Shown piece after piece: positions 1 to 13,225 of a stretch of 64,000 bases of DNA (its first letter is position 1; each line of letters starts with the position of its first letter). Below the pieces are notes generated by a model. The model was not told where the DNA came from, did not search any database, and saw only the letters and a program-made list of their open reading frames with translations. The stretch comes from Lama guanicoe (Eukaryota). The position numbers and the translations under genes are program-made. Location of the stretch: the NCBI GenBank assembly GCA_013239625.1, contig MU053934.1:5908399-5972398 (forward strand). Direction: 5' to 3'.

Positions 1-1413
1 TTTAACAGCATATAAACAATTCTGCCTAGTGACAGTAATCAACACATTAGTTAAAATTCTTTCACTTTAAATTTAAATTGTAAAGGCAGTAGCCTTTACA
101 GAACTCATTTTAAAAGAAAAGCTAGTTCTTAGATCATTAGAATGGTAGTGTCAGTCCTGTTTTCTGTTATCCCTGGTAAAGCTTTTATTATCTTGACAAG
201 TTGAATCTGTTTGGGTGGTTTCTCTGTGGTCTTCTGTCCCTCCAAATGTGCCCATATCAATAGTCTGTGAAATACCTCTGCGCTATTTGTTGTGAAGTTG
301 ATACGTGCCAGGCACACTGCCTCACAGTCACTCTCTTCTCAGATGAAAGACGGAGAAGGCATATGGAGTGGTAAAATGTAATGCACCCAATATCCTAAAG
401 ATAGAGATTAGACTTGACTGATTACAGAGTTTATACTTCAAAAAAAAAATGCAGAATTTTTTTTTTCTTGGAAGTATCAGTCCCCCCCCTCACTTAATGG
501 AGGGCTCTTCATTTTATTCATTTTTTTTAATTGGCTTAGAACTTTGTGACCTGTCTTTTATCTTAATTTATTTTTATGTTACATTAGCCTACCAATTATA
601 CTTGAGTTTCATTTAGGAGTTCTCAAATGATAGCACTAAAAATGGAATTTGACAAAGAGAAAACTGAGATGTTAATACAGTAAATTAATAAGGAATAACG
701 AAAACAAACTTATTTTGTGATCCAGCTGTTAAGGAACTTTTATTTAATGAACAGAGACAGTAGATTGTTTGGGATTTGTTATTTGAGTTAATGTGAAATG
801 TTTATTATATGCTTGTGGATTTTTTTTTCTTACTAACTTAGGTATTTTTCTAAGCTTCCATTTATTTCTTCTCCACATGGTTTTTTCAGGTACAGGTGAA
901 CATAAGGTGTCCATATGATAAAATTAGTGGTTGAAATCACATTTGTCAATCTTCTGGAATGTCAGTGCCAAATATTTTGTAGGGACTTGCTAGAGAGTAA
1001 AAGATACTGAATTTAGCAGAGTTATTATGCATTTTTGCCCCCTTCACTTCAAGTTTTTTTTTTATCTTTTAAGATTTTGTAGATTATTAGGTTTTATTTG
1101 ACTAAGCTGAATTTAGGAAAGTAGAAGGATCTTAAGGCTGTTGCTACTTGATACTATGACAAAGGTTAGGTTTCCTCACTTCCTTTATGCAAATAGCACA
1201 GTATAATTTTTTTGCTCCACATTAGAGTTACAGGGACCAGAGAGTATTTATATTTGAGCACATCCCACCCCTCATTTTAAAATTTTACCTAATGTGTTCA
1301 TGGTATAAAAATGGGGAACTACTAATCAGGAAGAAGTTTAAAATACTGTATATTTGTATGACAAGAACGAAAAACTGACATGGTATAATAGTGGTAGGAT
1401 TTTCTGTTCCTAG

Positions 1414-1531
1414 TGTTCAAGCCATATTTCCTACTCCGGATCCTGCTGCTTTAAAAGACAGGCGGATGGAAAACCTAGTTGCATATGCCCGGAAAGTGGA
1501 AGGGGACATGTATGAATCTGCAAATAATCGA
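1414..1531 (+). CDS. EP300: EP300 coding exon (human exon 9 equivalent), KIX domain part; gene begins upstream of the window
   Basis: tag acceptor 1411-1413, GT at 1532; encodes [39 protein letters not shown]; 118 nt. Confidence 0.97.
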
Positions 1532-2196
1532 GTGAGCATCTTTTTTGTCTATATAAAGTCAAAAATGGACCTCTTTTGGTTATTCCTCGTTGTTACATGT
1601 ACATGGAAAATACTGAACTTCACAGGATACCCTTTAGCCCTTCTGTCTTAGTCTCACTGTGGAGTCACGATAACAAAGCAATTTTCTTAAAGTGTATGTC
1701 AAGAATCTTACATTTTTCCTCCTAATAATACATTGCACTCATGAGGCACTTTATCTGGGTTGTCCTTCTGTCAGCTGAAAAGTGGTTGAGCTGTTACCAG
1801 CTCTGTGCTATTTTCACTAGAATATGGTGAATCAGCTGCTTAGTATTTTCATCTCAAGTAGTATTTCCGTATCAGTTGAACTTTCTTCTCTAAATTGGCA
1901 CTTCTTCAAAAATGTAGCATATTCTTTCCACATGCTATAAATTGCCAGCGCATAGTTTGTAAACTTACTTTGAGAAGTCATGCTTTACTCTGTAGGTTCA
2001 TAATAAAGCAGCTTTTCACACGATCATTCCAAACATGAGCTCATATTTGGAATGATCTAAGAAAGATTAGATTGATTCTTCTCCCAGTACGTTTCTGCCT
2101 ACCTCTTTAAATGAAGCTAGTAGCTATTCTTAGTTCATTTTTTTGTTACCTCATGGTAATTCATCTTTTCTCCTCATCTCTACAAAATTCCAAAAG

Positions 2197-2371
2197 GCGG
2201 AATACTACCACCTGCTAGCTGAGAAGATCTATAAAATCCAGAAAGAACTAGAAGAAAAACGAAGGACTAGACTACAGAAACAGAACATGCTACCAAGTGC
2301 TGCAAGCATGGGGCCAGTTTCCATGAACCCAGGGCCTAACATGGGACAGCCACAACCAGGAATGACTTCAA
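2197..2371 (+). CDS. EP300: EP300 exon 10 equivalent (KIX C-terminal helix)
   Basis: aag|GCGGAA...TCAA|gtgagt; AEYYHLLAEKIYKIQKELEEKRRTRLQKQ; 175 nt. Confidence 0.97.
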
Positions 2372-2934
2372 GTGAGTGCTTTCTATTATTGTTATTTTGG
2401 GGAGAAACTGTAATAAAATGGTTCCTAACCAAATTCACTAATTTTCAGTAGTTTGGTAACTATTCTAGAGTTTTCAAATGACTCTTTTTTGCCTTTTCAA
2501 AGAAAATAATTCAGCTTCCAGTAAAAGCAGTAGCTGAACAGTGTATTTAAGATTTCTGGACTTGCTGCTTTATATGTCTTGGTTATATGGTATTTTTAGT
2601 ACCGAAGATACTCTTCTCTCATAGAAGATATTCTTCTCTCACAGTGACGTCGTGGAATTGATAGTCTACTGGTTTTCACTAACTTGTATATTGTATGCAG
2701 CCAGTAGATGTAGACTGAGCAGGTGCAGAGGCCTCACTGACTTTGATACGTCCTACAAACAATATCATGTTACTTACATTGTCACACTTTCTTCCTGACA
2801 CGATATATTGGAAGAACTGTTTATTTTTTAGAAGCATCATTTAAAATTCATCTTGACAGTTCAGTGTTCTAGTTAAAGCAGCCTTCATGACTTAATGAAT
2901 TAACCAGATAGCCAAGATTATTATGCATTCCCTT

Positions 2935-3540
2935 ACTCATTCATTGATTTGCTACTAGGTTCCAAGCAGTGAAATATGATACAGGTATAGAACAGTGAGG
3001 AAGAATACAGGCTGTGTAAATGATGTGTGAAAGGCTATGATAGGGAAAACCTGTACTTTGAATCAGAGAAAGCTCACTACCTACTACATGTAGATAGTGC
3101 CAACAGAGCCAGTAGGTACCAAGTCTTAGGCCATTAGTGGATTATAGGTGGGCTGAGAAATTCATCCCCTGCAGGCCCTGAAGTAGTGAAATGGAGAACT
3201 CTTAATTGCCACTGGCTTTTAGCAGCCTCGTTTGTTAACTGCAGTGTGCTAGATATACTTTCTCATTGGACCATGGTGTGAAGAGTTGAGAACAGCATCA
3301 GCTTTTTTGGCAGAGGGACTAGCATGCACAGAGGCCCCACTGGCAAAGGAAAACACAGGTATTTTTTGATTAGGTAGAACAATTGTTCAGAAACAAAGTG
3401 AAGACTACAGTTGAGGACACTGCTTCAGTGCTGATGCTTTGAAGTAGGGCAGTAACTAAGGTATAGAGACAAGTGGACAAATTTGAGATACTTGGGTGTG
3501 GTAGAATTTACTTGAGTTCATTAGAAATTTGAGCCAAGTT
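2935..3540 (-). mobile_element. Degraded L2 LINE fragment (approximate bounds)
   Basis: Begins with cattcattgattt (reverse of the L2 aatg tail), followed by purine-rich L2-like body. Confidence 0.45.
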
Positions 3541-4710
3541 AAAAGTCTCATATTAAATTGTAGTCTCCTATTAGAATGAAAACAGTATGGTACTGATGCA
3601 GGCAGGAACAAATATTAGTGGAACTGAATAGCCCTGAGTATATGTTTATGGAATGAGATCCCCACCTTCTCACACAAAGAAACTAACTGTAGAAGAATCA
3701 AATTTTTTAAAACTTTAAATTAAAAAGTACTATACAGAATATTGAAGAAAATATAAAATGAAATGAGAAAAGTCTCTAAATACTGGAAGCTTTAAAGAAA
3801 AAAGAAAAACAGAAGAAATCATAAACATAATTAATGGGCAAACCAAGGACAATATATTCATATTAAAGATACTAATTTTCTTAATATACAGTAGGAGTCC
3901 TACTCTATTTGTTGCTGTTTAGTATAGCAAACTTTTTAGTAAATGAGCAGTAGTGACAGAGGACATTTTGAGAGTTGTCTGAAATGGTGGCCTTCTCTCT
4001 AGAGCGCAGCCTGCCACAGGTTTGCCCAAAGCTTGAGTGCATACTACTCGGGGAGGGGGGCGGTGCAGGGTAGAGCTGGGTCACTACAGGCATCTCAGAA
4101 TGTGAAAGAAACATTATTTTTTTGATGCACCCTGATGTGAAAAATGTTGGGAAGCACTGTGCTGCTAAAGAATGTGCAGACAATCCAAGAAAATATTAGA
4201 ATTTACGTATTTATATTTATTTCTGTTTTTGTATCTAAGAGGTACATGATATGTAGTGCAGTATAATGTGTGTATTTAAAGTCAATGTTCACGGTGGGCT
4301 TGTATGCATAAAAACACGTTATTGGAGTTGGGGGAACTTGGCCAGTGTGTGGTCCTTATGTATAGAGGTATTCTGCATACCAAGGAAGGATCAGGCTTAA
4401 TCAAACAACAGTGTATTCAATGCTGTAGTCGTCTTTTTAAATATAAGACCTTACATTATTTTCCTGTCAGTGCGAAAAGCACTCTGGTTCATAAAGAAAT
4501 GTGCCAAAACCATTTTGAGGCTGCTGCTTGTATTCTAGAACTAACATTTTTTTCAGGTTCCTGTCCAGTTCATAGCTTTTATTCCTTTCATATTCAGACT
4601 GGATTCTGTAAGACATTACTAAAGATATTTTTGTAGAGTTTCTTTTTTTGTATTTAAGGAAATAGCTGCCTGAAAGATGAGGTTCTAACCTTTTCTATAT
4701 TCCACTCTAG

Positions 4711-4788
4711 ACGGCCCTCTACCTGATCCATCTATGATCCGTGGCAGTGTGCCAAACCAGATGATGCCTCGGATAACTCCACAACCTG
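4711..4788 (+). CDS. EP300: EP300 exon 11 equivalent
   Basis: ctag|ACGGCC...CCTG|gtaagt; GPLPDPSMIRGSVPNQMMPRITPQP; 78 nt, phase 1-1. Confidence 0.93.
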
Positions 4789-4988
4789 GTAAGTAGTGAA
4801 AGAAATCCATGCACCTTTGTAAACAGAGTCCCTGGTGTATTATAAGATTATTATCTGCCGTTCATTCACAGTTGGAAGCAGGTTCCTTTATTTGTCCTGA
4901 TAAAATTACATAGAATCATAAATAAGAGCTCTTCTATTCTCCAGTTACATAAAGGTGCTCAGATGTAATATCTTACACTTACTCACAG

Positions 4989-5098
4989 GTTTGAATCAAT
5001 TTGGCCAGATGAGCATGCCTCAGCCCCCTATTGGACCGCGGCAAACCTCTCCTCTTCAGCACCATGGACAGTTAGCTCAACCTGGAACTCTCAACCCG
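4989..5098 (+). CDS. EP300: EP300 exon 12 equivalent
   Basis: cag|GTTTG...CCCG|gtaagt; LNQFGQMSMPQPPIGPRQTSPLQHHGQLAQPGTLNP; 110 nt. Confidence 0.93.
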
Positions 5099-5235
5099 GT
5101 AAGTTTGACCTCTGGGTAATCTTTTTGTCCTCTACCTGGCATCTTAAAAATCCCTTTTCTTTGTTTATGCTCGGTAAACAAATTCTTAGATTTGCTTAAA
5201 CAGTTGACTGTAAGTAATTAATCCTTAACCTTGAG

Positions 5236-5316
5236 TTTTTTAAATGGAGATACTGGAGATTGAACCCAGGACGTCATGCATGCTAGGCATGTGGTCTACC
5301 ACTGTACTCTCCCCCC
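5236..5316 (-). mobile_element. tRNA-derived SINE (camelid Vic-1-like)
   Basis: aatggagatactggagattgaacccagg...ctaccactg, the reverse complement of the A/B-box SINE head; ccttaacctt/ccttagcctt flanks resemble a TSD. Confidence 0.8.
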
Positions 5317-6582
5317 TTAGCCTTTTTTTTTTTTTCCTGTAATTCTGTTGTATTTGCTCTTTAATATATACATGATTAGAACTAAACCATATCCGGTAAT
5401 TACATAGTGAATACTAAAGTCTTTAATTTTCCCCACTTCTTTTACTTACATGTTTTTAGAAATTTATCGTACAGAAATAAATCACTGAGATATTAAAAGG
5501 TTATAATTTGAAGAAAATTCATTAAGGATGTTACGTGTACTATGTTTTAGAAAAAGGCCATATCCTCAATGTACATTAAGGGATTCGTTATGGTTAAATT
5601 ATAGTACATCTGTAAATTGGAATGCTCCATAAGCAGTAATTTCAGAACTTATATGATGGCATGAAAGCAGTTTACAGCTTTAAATGGAAAAGGCAGGTGT
5701 CTGAAGTGTATGTAAGGATCCTTATAGTTAAGAACTCTTTTGATTATACTATATATAAAATAAACATTTAAAGAAAGGTTTGCTTCCAAGTACTGTTCAT
5801 AGTCACAGTACTAGAAAGCTTATAAGAGCATCCAGTCACCCTTACCTGGAATCTCAATGTTGAGTAGTCTGCATGTCTTGACATAGTCATCTCTCTTCCT
5901 AACGTCTGTCTTCCCCAAACACAGAACCTATCCAGGCAGAAAACTGTCAGGGGTGTTGGAGGGCCGGGTACCTGATTCTAGAGACTGGAGAAGAGGGACT
6001 CTGAGCATTTCACTGCTCTTTATGCAAACTCTGAACCTGTCATTCACCTTTCTTTATTGACCCCAACCCTTATCCTCTCTGTCAGAGTTAGCTAGTGCTG
6101 TCAGTCCTTGGGCCTTTTGGAAGTTATCTAGCATAATGTCTAGCACCAGTCTGCCATGTTTAATGAGGGGTCTTAGTCTTCATTTTAATCTATAAGACAA
6201 ATACCTTTTTTAGATTATGAAGGTTTTGGCCTTTGGTACTCCATAGTGACTCATTATGGAGTCCTGTAGTTTGTGCTATTACAGTACCACCTATGTGAGC
6301 AAAGACTTGATGAAATTGTGGTTTGCTCTTCTGACTTAACAGAGTATGCAAAGAAAGAGTTACCCCTGTGCCTTGTCATAGTTCTAGATGCATTTGTGCA
6401 ATTTCTTCAGAGTGGGGTTAGGTAAGCTGAGAGGCTGTTCTCCAGTATCTTTCATGAGGGTCAGCTCCTGTTGCACCACCCTCTCCATAGCAGGGCCAGA
6501 GTGGTTGGTGATTCCAGCTGTGGTAGAATAACTGAAAAGAAGCAACTTGGTACTCTGTGTTTTGTATGTGTTTTTTGTGCAG

Positions 6583-6720
6583 CCTATGGGCTATGGGCCT
6601 CGCATGCAGCAGCCTTCCAGCCAGAGCCAGTTCCTTCCGCAGACTCCGTTCTCAACACAGGGAATGAATGTAACAAATATGCCTTTGGCTCCGTCTGGCG
6701 GTCAAGCACCAGTGTCTCAA
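6583..6720 (+). CDS. EP300: EP300 exon 13 equivalent
   Basis: cag|CCTATG...TCAA|gtatgt; PMGYGPRMQQPSSQSQFLPQ...PVSQ; 138 nt. Confidence 0.95.
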
Positions 6721-7307
6721 GTATGTCTTACAACTGGATTTCTGTTTTTTTAACTTGTTTTCGTGTTTCTTGGAACTTCTTTTGATCTGGGCTTTTACAG
6801 GGAAGGGTGACAGCAAATAATGGATGAAAACGGGTGATTAAGTTTTTAGTAAGAACAGTTAATGGACATGGTATTCTGAACATGAAGGGATTACTCTGTG
6901 ACATAGGAATGGTGTTAATTGCTAATAAGAAAGGTTAGATTTTAAAAAGAACAGGTTTAATCATTTTTTAAAATAGTGAATGCCTTTTAAAATGATGTCT
7001 TACTGAAGAACTACAATGCAGAATGAAGAATTCTGGCTGAAGAGAGCACAGAACAGCTCAACAGTCTCATGCCTCTGCAGTGGTGGAGGCCGTTCTGCTG
7101 AATTTTTTTAAGTCTACTTAATTACTACGTTGGGTGGATTATCCCAAGATATGCCCCTAGGAATCGGATTTTTGACACATTTGAAAATAGAAGCATTCAC
7201 TACCAGCTTCTGTTTAATCAGTTTGTGTCCTTAAATGTAAATGCCTATGTAGATATTTCTTTAATTCTGTTCTGAATTGCACCTTCTTATGGTTTCCATT
7301 TTAACAG

Positions 7308-7745
7308 GCACAAATATCTGGTTCTTCCTGCCCTGTGAACTCTCCTATAATGCCTCCTGGATCTCAAGGGAGCCACATTCACTGTCCCTCTCTCCCTCAG
7401 CCAGCTCTGCACCAGAACTCACCTTCTCCTGTCCCTAGTCGTACCCCCACCCCTCACCACACTCCCCCGAGCATAGGGGCTCAGCAGCCACCAGCAGCAG
7501 GAATTCCAGGCCCTGTTCCTACACCTCCAGCAGGGCCGCCCGGGCCCCAGTCCCAGGCTCTGCACCCACCTCCACGACAGACACCTACACCACCACCAAC
7601 GCAACTTCCTCCCCAAGTACAGCCTTCACTTCCTGCTGCTCCTCCAGCTGACCCGGCGCAGCAGCAGCCTCTGTCACAGCAAAGTACCGCGGCCTCTGTT
7701 CCCACCCCGACGGCGCCACTGCTGCCACCGCAGCCGGCCACTCCA
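7308..7745 (+). CDS. EP300: EP300 exon 14 equivalent (Pro/Gln-rich linker)
   Basis: cag|GCACAA...CCA|gtaagt; AQISGSSCPVNSPIMPPGSQGSHIHCP...PQPATP; 438 nt. Confidence 0.95.
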
Positions 7746-8826
7746 GTAAGTAAGCAGCGCGAGCGTCTTGAGCAGAGTCGTCCCCGCTGTCCTGGGGGCT
7801 CCATGTCTCTTGGCTCTTGTCTCCTCGGTCAGACTCTGCTGTTACAGACTTCGTTTCCTTTCTTTTTTTCCTGTTACGGTACCTGACATAAAAGGAGCTC
7901 AGAAGTTTTGTTTAGGTTTGACACTTAATACACCACATGAATTTTACAGAAATTTAAAAGAATCTTTTCATATGATATGATCTGATCTGCTGTATCAAGA
8001 GCAAATGAAACAAAATCATGGATTTAAGAGTGTTTGTGGTCCTAGCCAAAGTTAGAAACATGATCTAAGATGAGAAGAGTGTGGTTCTGGAACACCCCGT
8101 AGCTTCCTTGTGAGAGGACTGTTACGTGTGTAGTGGAAATCCAAATGCACATCCCATAGTCTTGTCCTTACTAGCAGAACCCTGTGTCATGACTTCCACT
8201 GACACTAATTTAGTTCTCTGTCATGTTGGCAGAATGAGTCACAGCTACTTCATAAAAAACTGTCCATCAGTGACTGGTTCATCCTAGCCTCTGATATTAT
8301 TTCTGAAAATACTAACTTCTCATGGGGTATGTCATTGGAAGATTTGGGAAAATTTGAGATTTTGTTAGTTATCCCATTACAGTGTGGTGATTTGAAACAG
8401 TGGCTCATTGTGTTCATTATAGTCTCTACTTTCCTGTACATTTGAAACTTTTTCTAATGAGAAGTTAAAAAGAAGATTGCCAGTCACTCTTATTTTCCAT
8501 TTCTCTATACGTAAGAGCTCTTCTGAGGCAGTCATTTCTGAAACTCCCCTCCCTCACGCACTGCCACCGAATGAGTTACTGAAGAAACAGTTGCTGTCTC
8601 TTTCATGTATAATCAGCCAGCCAGTGTTTGCAAGTCCTCAGTCTCCTGTTCTTAAGCACAATTTACTTCAAGGGGGTGAAATAGATAGAGTACGTGAAAG
8701 TACCATAAATGGATATAATTTAATGATACTAGCCTATAAGTAGGTTAATCATGGCATCCTGTTGTGTAGCCTAAATTCTGGTTGTATAACAGACAAACTT
8801 TTTGTTTCTCCCCTCTTTCCACCCAG

Positions 8827-9006
8827 CTCTCCCAGCCAGCTGTAAGCATTGAAGGGCAGGTATCAAACCCTCCATCTACTAGTAGCACAGAAGTGAATTC
8901 TCAGACCATTCCTGAGAAGCAGCCTTCACAGGAAGTGAAAATGGAGACTAAAATGGAAGTGGATCCACCAGAACCAGCAGATACACAGCCAGAGGAGATT
9001 CCAGAG
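8827..9006 (+). CDS. EP300: EP300 exon 15 equivalent
   Basis: cag|CTCTCC...GAG|gtgaga; LSQPAVSIEGQVSNPPSTSSTEVNSQ; 180 nt. Confidence 0.95.
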
Positions 9007-9232
9007 GTGAGAATAGGGCAATTAACTGCTGTTTTTTGGTTAGGATCTCAGACTCGGAACCCAGTTAAATATGTTACAGGAATGTATTCTGATAATTAGA
9101 TCTCATTTTATTGATTTCCATGTGAGAATGGGTCTTCAGATACATCCACAGGGGAGAGTACATAAAATAATGGTATTACTGCTTCCTACTTGCATGTCTC
9201 TGGAATCTAAAAGTTCCTACTTCATCTTTTAG

Positions 9233-9377
9233 ACTAAAGCAGAAGACTGTAAAGTGGAACCTACAGAAACAGAAGAGAGGGGCACTGAATTGAAAACTGA
9301 AACAAAAGAAGAGGAAGACCAGCCAAGTACTTCAGCGACCCAGTCACCTCCAGTCCCAGGACAGTCAAAGAAGAAGA
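9233..9377 (+). CDS. EP300: EP300 exon 16 equivalent (CRD1 region, LKTE SUMO-type motif)
   Basis: tag|ACTAAA...AAGA|gtaagt; TKAEDCKVEPTETEERGTELKTETKEEEDQ...QSKKK; 145 nt. Confidence 0.95.
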
Positions 9378-9699
9378 GTAAGTCTCTTAGACTCTGCATT
9401 TCTGGAGGCAGGGGGAAAAAAAAAAGAGAGAGAGAGACCTCAGTAAGATGAGATTGAGCTGTTAGGTGTGGGAAATGGACTTTAATGTGATTTCACTAAG
9501 CCTGGAGCCCTTGACCTGGTCTCATCAGTATTACTAATGTTGGAAAAATAAATTTTCTTTCCTTTATGTATATTTGCTTTCTTTAGTCACTAGGGTTGTT
9601 AACAGCCTCTCAAAATTACCTGTCAGAGGAGAGAGATTATTAAATAATATCCTTGACTAAAATGCAGGAAACAATAATAGTTGTAATGTATTTTGTTAG

Positions 9700-9905
9700 C
9701 CTGCTGTACACCAGGCACTGGCCACACACGTGCTTTGTCTCTTGTGAGAACTTCACAGCACCTCTGTGGGGTCTTTGATTCCTGTTTTATAGGCAGGAAA
9801 ATTGAGGCTGGGCAAGGTCAGGTAACTGAACTTGCCCCAGCTGACTAGGCTGGTAAGTGAGCCTGGGCACACTGGTTCAGAACCTTTGCTCTGAACCACG
9901 CTACC
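9700..9905 (-). mobile_element. MIR SINE
   Basis: MIR core in reverse: ttttataggcaggaaaattgaggct...aacttgcccc. Confidence 0.7.
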
Positions 9906-10164
9906 GAGTAATAGGAAAGCCAAGCAGGTCGCAGTCCTTAGCAAAGTGTTAAACTCAAACAGTTCCTCAGAGATTAATTTACTAAATAGTTTAGGACTAG
10001 AACTTCTTGTGGCTCTACCAACCCCTTTAGTGGCACAGGTAGGACTTATCTCAAGGGAGAATCTGCTGGCTCTTGAAGATGATGTATATAAAAGTGTTCC
10101 CATGAATGCAATGCACTGGAAGTGATGGAGTTAAAATTTTATTTTCATTTAAAAATAAGGTGAT

Positions 10165-10298
10165 TTGTAAAGTCTATAATGAAAAAATATGGAAAGGAAT
10201 ATATATATATATATAAAAATTGAATCACTGTGCTGTATACCAGAAACTAACACAACATTGTAAGTCAACTATAATAGTTCAACCTTTTTTTTAAAAAA
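10165..10298 (+). mobile_element. 5'-truncated L1 3' end
   Basis: tgaatcactgtgctgtataccagaaactaacacaacattgtaagtcaactata, a typical laurasiatherian L1 terminus, with an A-rich tail. Confidence 0.75.
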
Positions 10299-11303
10299 AG
10301 GTTGTTACATATTGAGATATTTTAATGTAAGCTGCAACAAACCCCATCTTACCATTAGGAATTTCTCTTTAAAATACTAATCTCACAAGTCTGCTTAAAT
10401 TCTGTTTATTTTGAGCACAACAAAGTATGAGAGACAAAGACGCTTCTCCTCCCATCTATTTAATTTTTTTCACGAAAGCCCCTACCATGGGGTAAAGAAT
10501 ATCTGAGATACTGACAAGAGGGTATCCTCTTTAAGTTAAAATTAATTCGTAAATAGAAAAGTAACAAAACCGCTGCTCAGAGTGATTTAAAGCTGAAAAC
10601 TGGACCCTTACTGACCAGCTTCTTTAACAGTAGTTTAAATTAATTCCATTCAGGACACACCAGCAAATCTTTCCTGACTTTTAGGAAACATTTAGTAGTA
10701 AGAACACATACAAATGTATTTTGATCAGCTGAGTCCATTGTTCTGGCAGTAACAATTTAGTTCTCTTTCTTTAGACTTAAACCTAACATTTGCCATTAAA
10801 ATAATAAATAAGTCTTCTGCTGAAGCATTGTAATGAAGGACTCCTAGCTGTCAGTGGTCCTGATTCTTTGGTGATAAGACAATAGTAGGTCTAATTTCTG
10901 ACTGATTATATACTGTATCACAAAGGAGGGCTTCTTTCTATTCTTGCTTGACAGCATCCCCCGCCTGTCATCTGTATCTTTTGGAATATTCTGACAAGTC
11001 TCTTCATGAATTTTTTGGAAGGCTTAGGATTCTGTCTCTACTTGGTCAAGGCTATCTTAATTGAGTTTTTGACTGAGAAATTAGCTGAGCCGGGTATTTA
11101 AAGGTGCCTAGACATGGTGTTTTGAAGGCTCTATCTGAAGCCGACCAGGAATTAGACAGGAAGTACACCCTCAGTGATAGTTCATGGAGACAATGCAGGG
11201 AATTTTGTGTTTTCTGAGTCTTGACATAGTTTTTATAGCTTTGACTTGAACTCTTTTTCTTCTTTTGTTCAAAATGGTAACTAATTTCAAATGTACTCTT
11301 AAG

Positions 11304-11422
11304 TTTTCAAACCTGAAGAGTTAAGACAGGCACTGATGCCAACACTGGAGGCACTTTATCGACAGGATCCAGAATCCCTCCCCTTTCGTCAACCTGTGGA
11401 CCCTCAACTTCTAGGAATCCCT
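11304..11422 (+). CDS. EP300: EP300 exon 17 equivalent (bromodomain N-part)
   Basis: aag|TTTTC...CCCT|gtaagt; FKPEELRQALMPTLEALYRQDPESLPFRQPVDPQLLGIP; 119 nt. Confidence 0.97.
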
Positions 11423-11446
11423 GTAAGTATGGGTTGGTACTTATGA

Positions 11447-12025
11447 TTTTTTTTTTTTTTTGTCAACAGCTTTATTCAGATACAATTCACATATTGTACA
11501 GGTCACTCATTTAAAGTGTACAGTTCAGCGGGTTTTGTGGATTAACAGAATTGTGTAGCTATCAACCCAGTCAGTTTTGGATCATTTTCATCACCCCAAA
11601 AAGGAAATCCCATCTCCATAAGCAGTCAATCCCCATTTCCTCTCACAATCCCCCAGTCAGCTTCTGGTCTACTTTCTGTCTCTATGGATTTGTTCATTCT
11701 GGACATTTCATCAAATGGAATCTTACAGAATGTGGTTCTTTCTGACTGGCTTCTCTCACTTAGCATGATGTTTTCAAGATTTGACAATATTGTAGCACAG
11801 ATCAGTACTTCATTCCTTTTTATGGCCAGCAATATTCTGTTGTATGGATATATATACATTTTGTTTACCCATCCATTAGTTGATAGACATTTGGGTTGTT
11901 CAGACTTTTTGGCTGTTGAGGATAGCACATTTATAAATATTCACATACAAGTTTGTGTGTGTTACATATCTTTTAATTTATTTCCCTTGGTTGTATACCT
12001 AGGAGTGGGATTGCTGAGTTATATG
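11447..12025 (-). mobile_element. Old L1M (L1MB/MC-like) 3'UTR fragment, antisense in intron 17
   Basis: Poly-T start; ctggacatttcatcaaatggaatc, tttacccatccattagttgatagacatttgggttg and tatacctaggagtgggattgctg are L1 3'UTR motifs. Confidence 0.85.
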
Positions 12026-12605
12026 GCTTATTTATTTTTATCACTTGAGTAGCAGTAGCTCGTGATAGAAAAGATGAACCCAAATTAGCTTCATCTGGTT
12101 TTAGAGTTGCCTTTACCTACCAAGCTGCTGGCAGGTTTCATTCAAGGATTTTAAGTGGTATTGGGTAAGGCATTGGAGTGCTTCAAGGGGCAAAAATCCA
12201 TTAGGGTTTTTTTAACCCCTATATTTTCCCATGGCCTTAGATGGATCACTGACGTTCTCTGGACTTAGGCCCCTTCTAGTACTAAAATGTTAAAGGTCTT
12301 TGACTTCTTGGTCTTTAAACTGATCGCACATATACTGTGGTAAAGTATCTGGAGTCGCTTCTGTAGACCATCAGCTTGGTGTCTAGAAAGTCTACAGTTA
12401 TTGTTATTCTGTCTGCTCTGGGCTGCTTCATGTCTCTGTAGACTGATGATTTAAAGGAGTGATGGGCATCAATCATATTTTTGGAAATACAGACACATCA
12501 AACCAAAACTCAACATTACCTGGAAAATTAATGATGATTATAGCCAGCTATGCCATATACCTTGAATATATTTTGGATAATGTTGCTGGGTGTCACTTAT
12601 CCTAG

Positions 12606-12845
12606 GATTACTTTGATATTGTGAAGAGCCCCATGGATCTTTCTACCATCAAGAGGAAGTTAGACACTGGACAGTATCAGGAGCCCTGGCAGTATGTGGA
12701 CGACATTTGGCTAATGTTCAACAATGCCTGGTTATATAATCGGAAAACATCACGGGTATACAAATACTGCTCCAAGTTATCTGAGGTCTTTGAACAAGAA
12801 ATTGACCCAGTGATGCAGGGCCTTGGATACTGTTGTGGCAGAAAG
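12606..12845 (+). CDS. EP300: EP300 exon 18 equivalent (bromodomain core)
   Basis: tag|GATTAC...AAG|gtaaga; DYFDIVKSPMDLSTIKRKLDTGQYQEPWQYVDDIWLMFNNAWLYNRK...GYCCGRK; 240 nt. Confidence 0.98.
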
Positions 12846-13225
12846 GTAAGAAATTTTTGCACAGATGAGAATTGAAAATTTGACCAATTAGAATTCTAAA
12901 TCATCAGATTGTAAGTTCATCTTGAATAGGGGCTCATAGGGTCATATTTCCCTGTGGTGCACAATGCCTGGCATGTGCTGGTTCTCCTGGGCATGTCAGT
13001 TCACATTGAGCTCCTCTTGTTCTCTTGTTCTTTGTAACTGGTGGAAAGGATAGGATTGTTAAGCTTCTTTCAGAGTGATGAAATAATACACTAGTAAACC
13101 GAAACTGCCTGTTGTGATTAACATAAATGAGAACTAAGACTTCACTGACTTCTGTTTCAGAATTGCCAGTATAAATATTTCAGCTTGCCCTTCAAACCAT
13201 ATTTAATAAATGGTTTCTTTTGCAG

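Noticed and set aside
2604..2643. 20-bp tandem duplication (gaagata.tcttctctca.a x2); also the duplicated ttcattcattctttcttaca at ~63581-63624
   Set aside because: Simple slippage duplications with two copies and no spacers; not CRISPR-like
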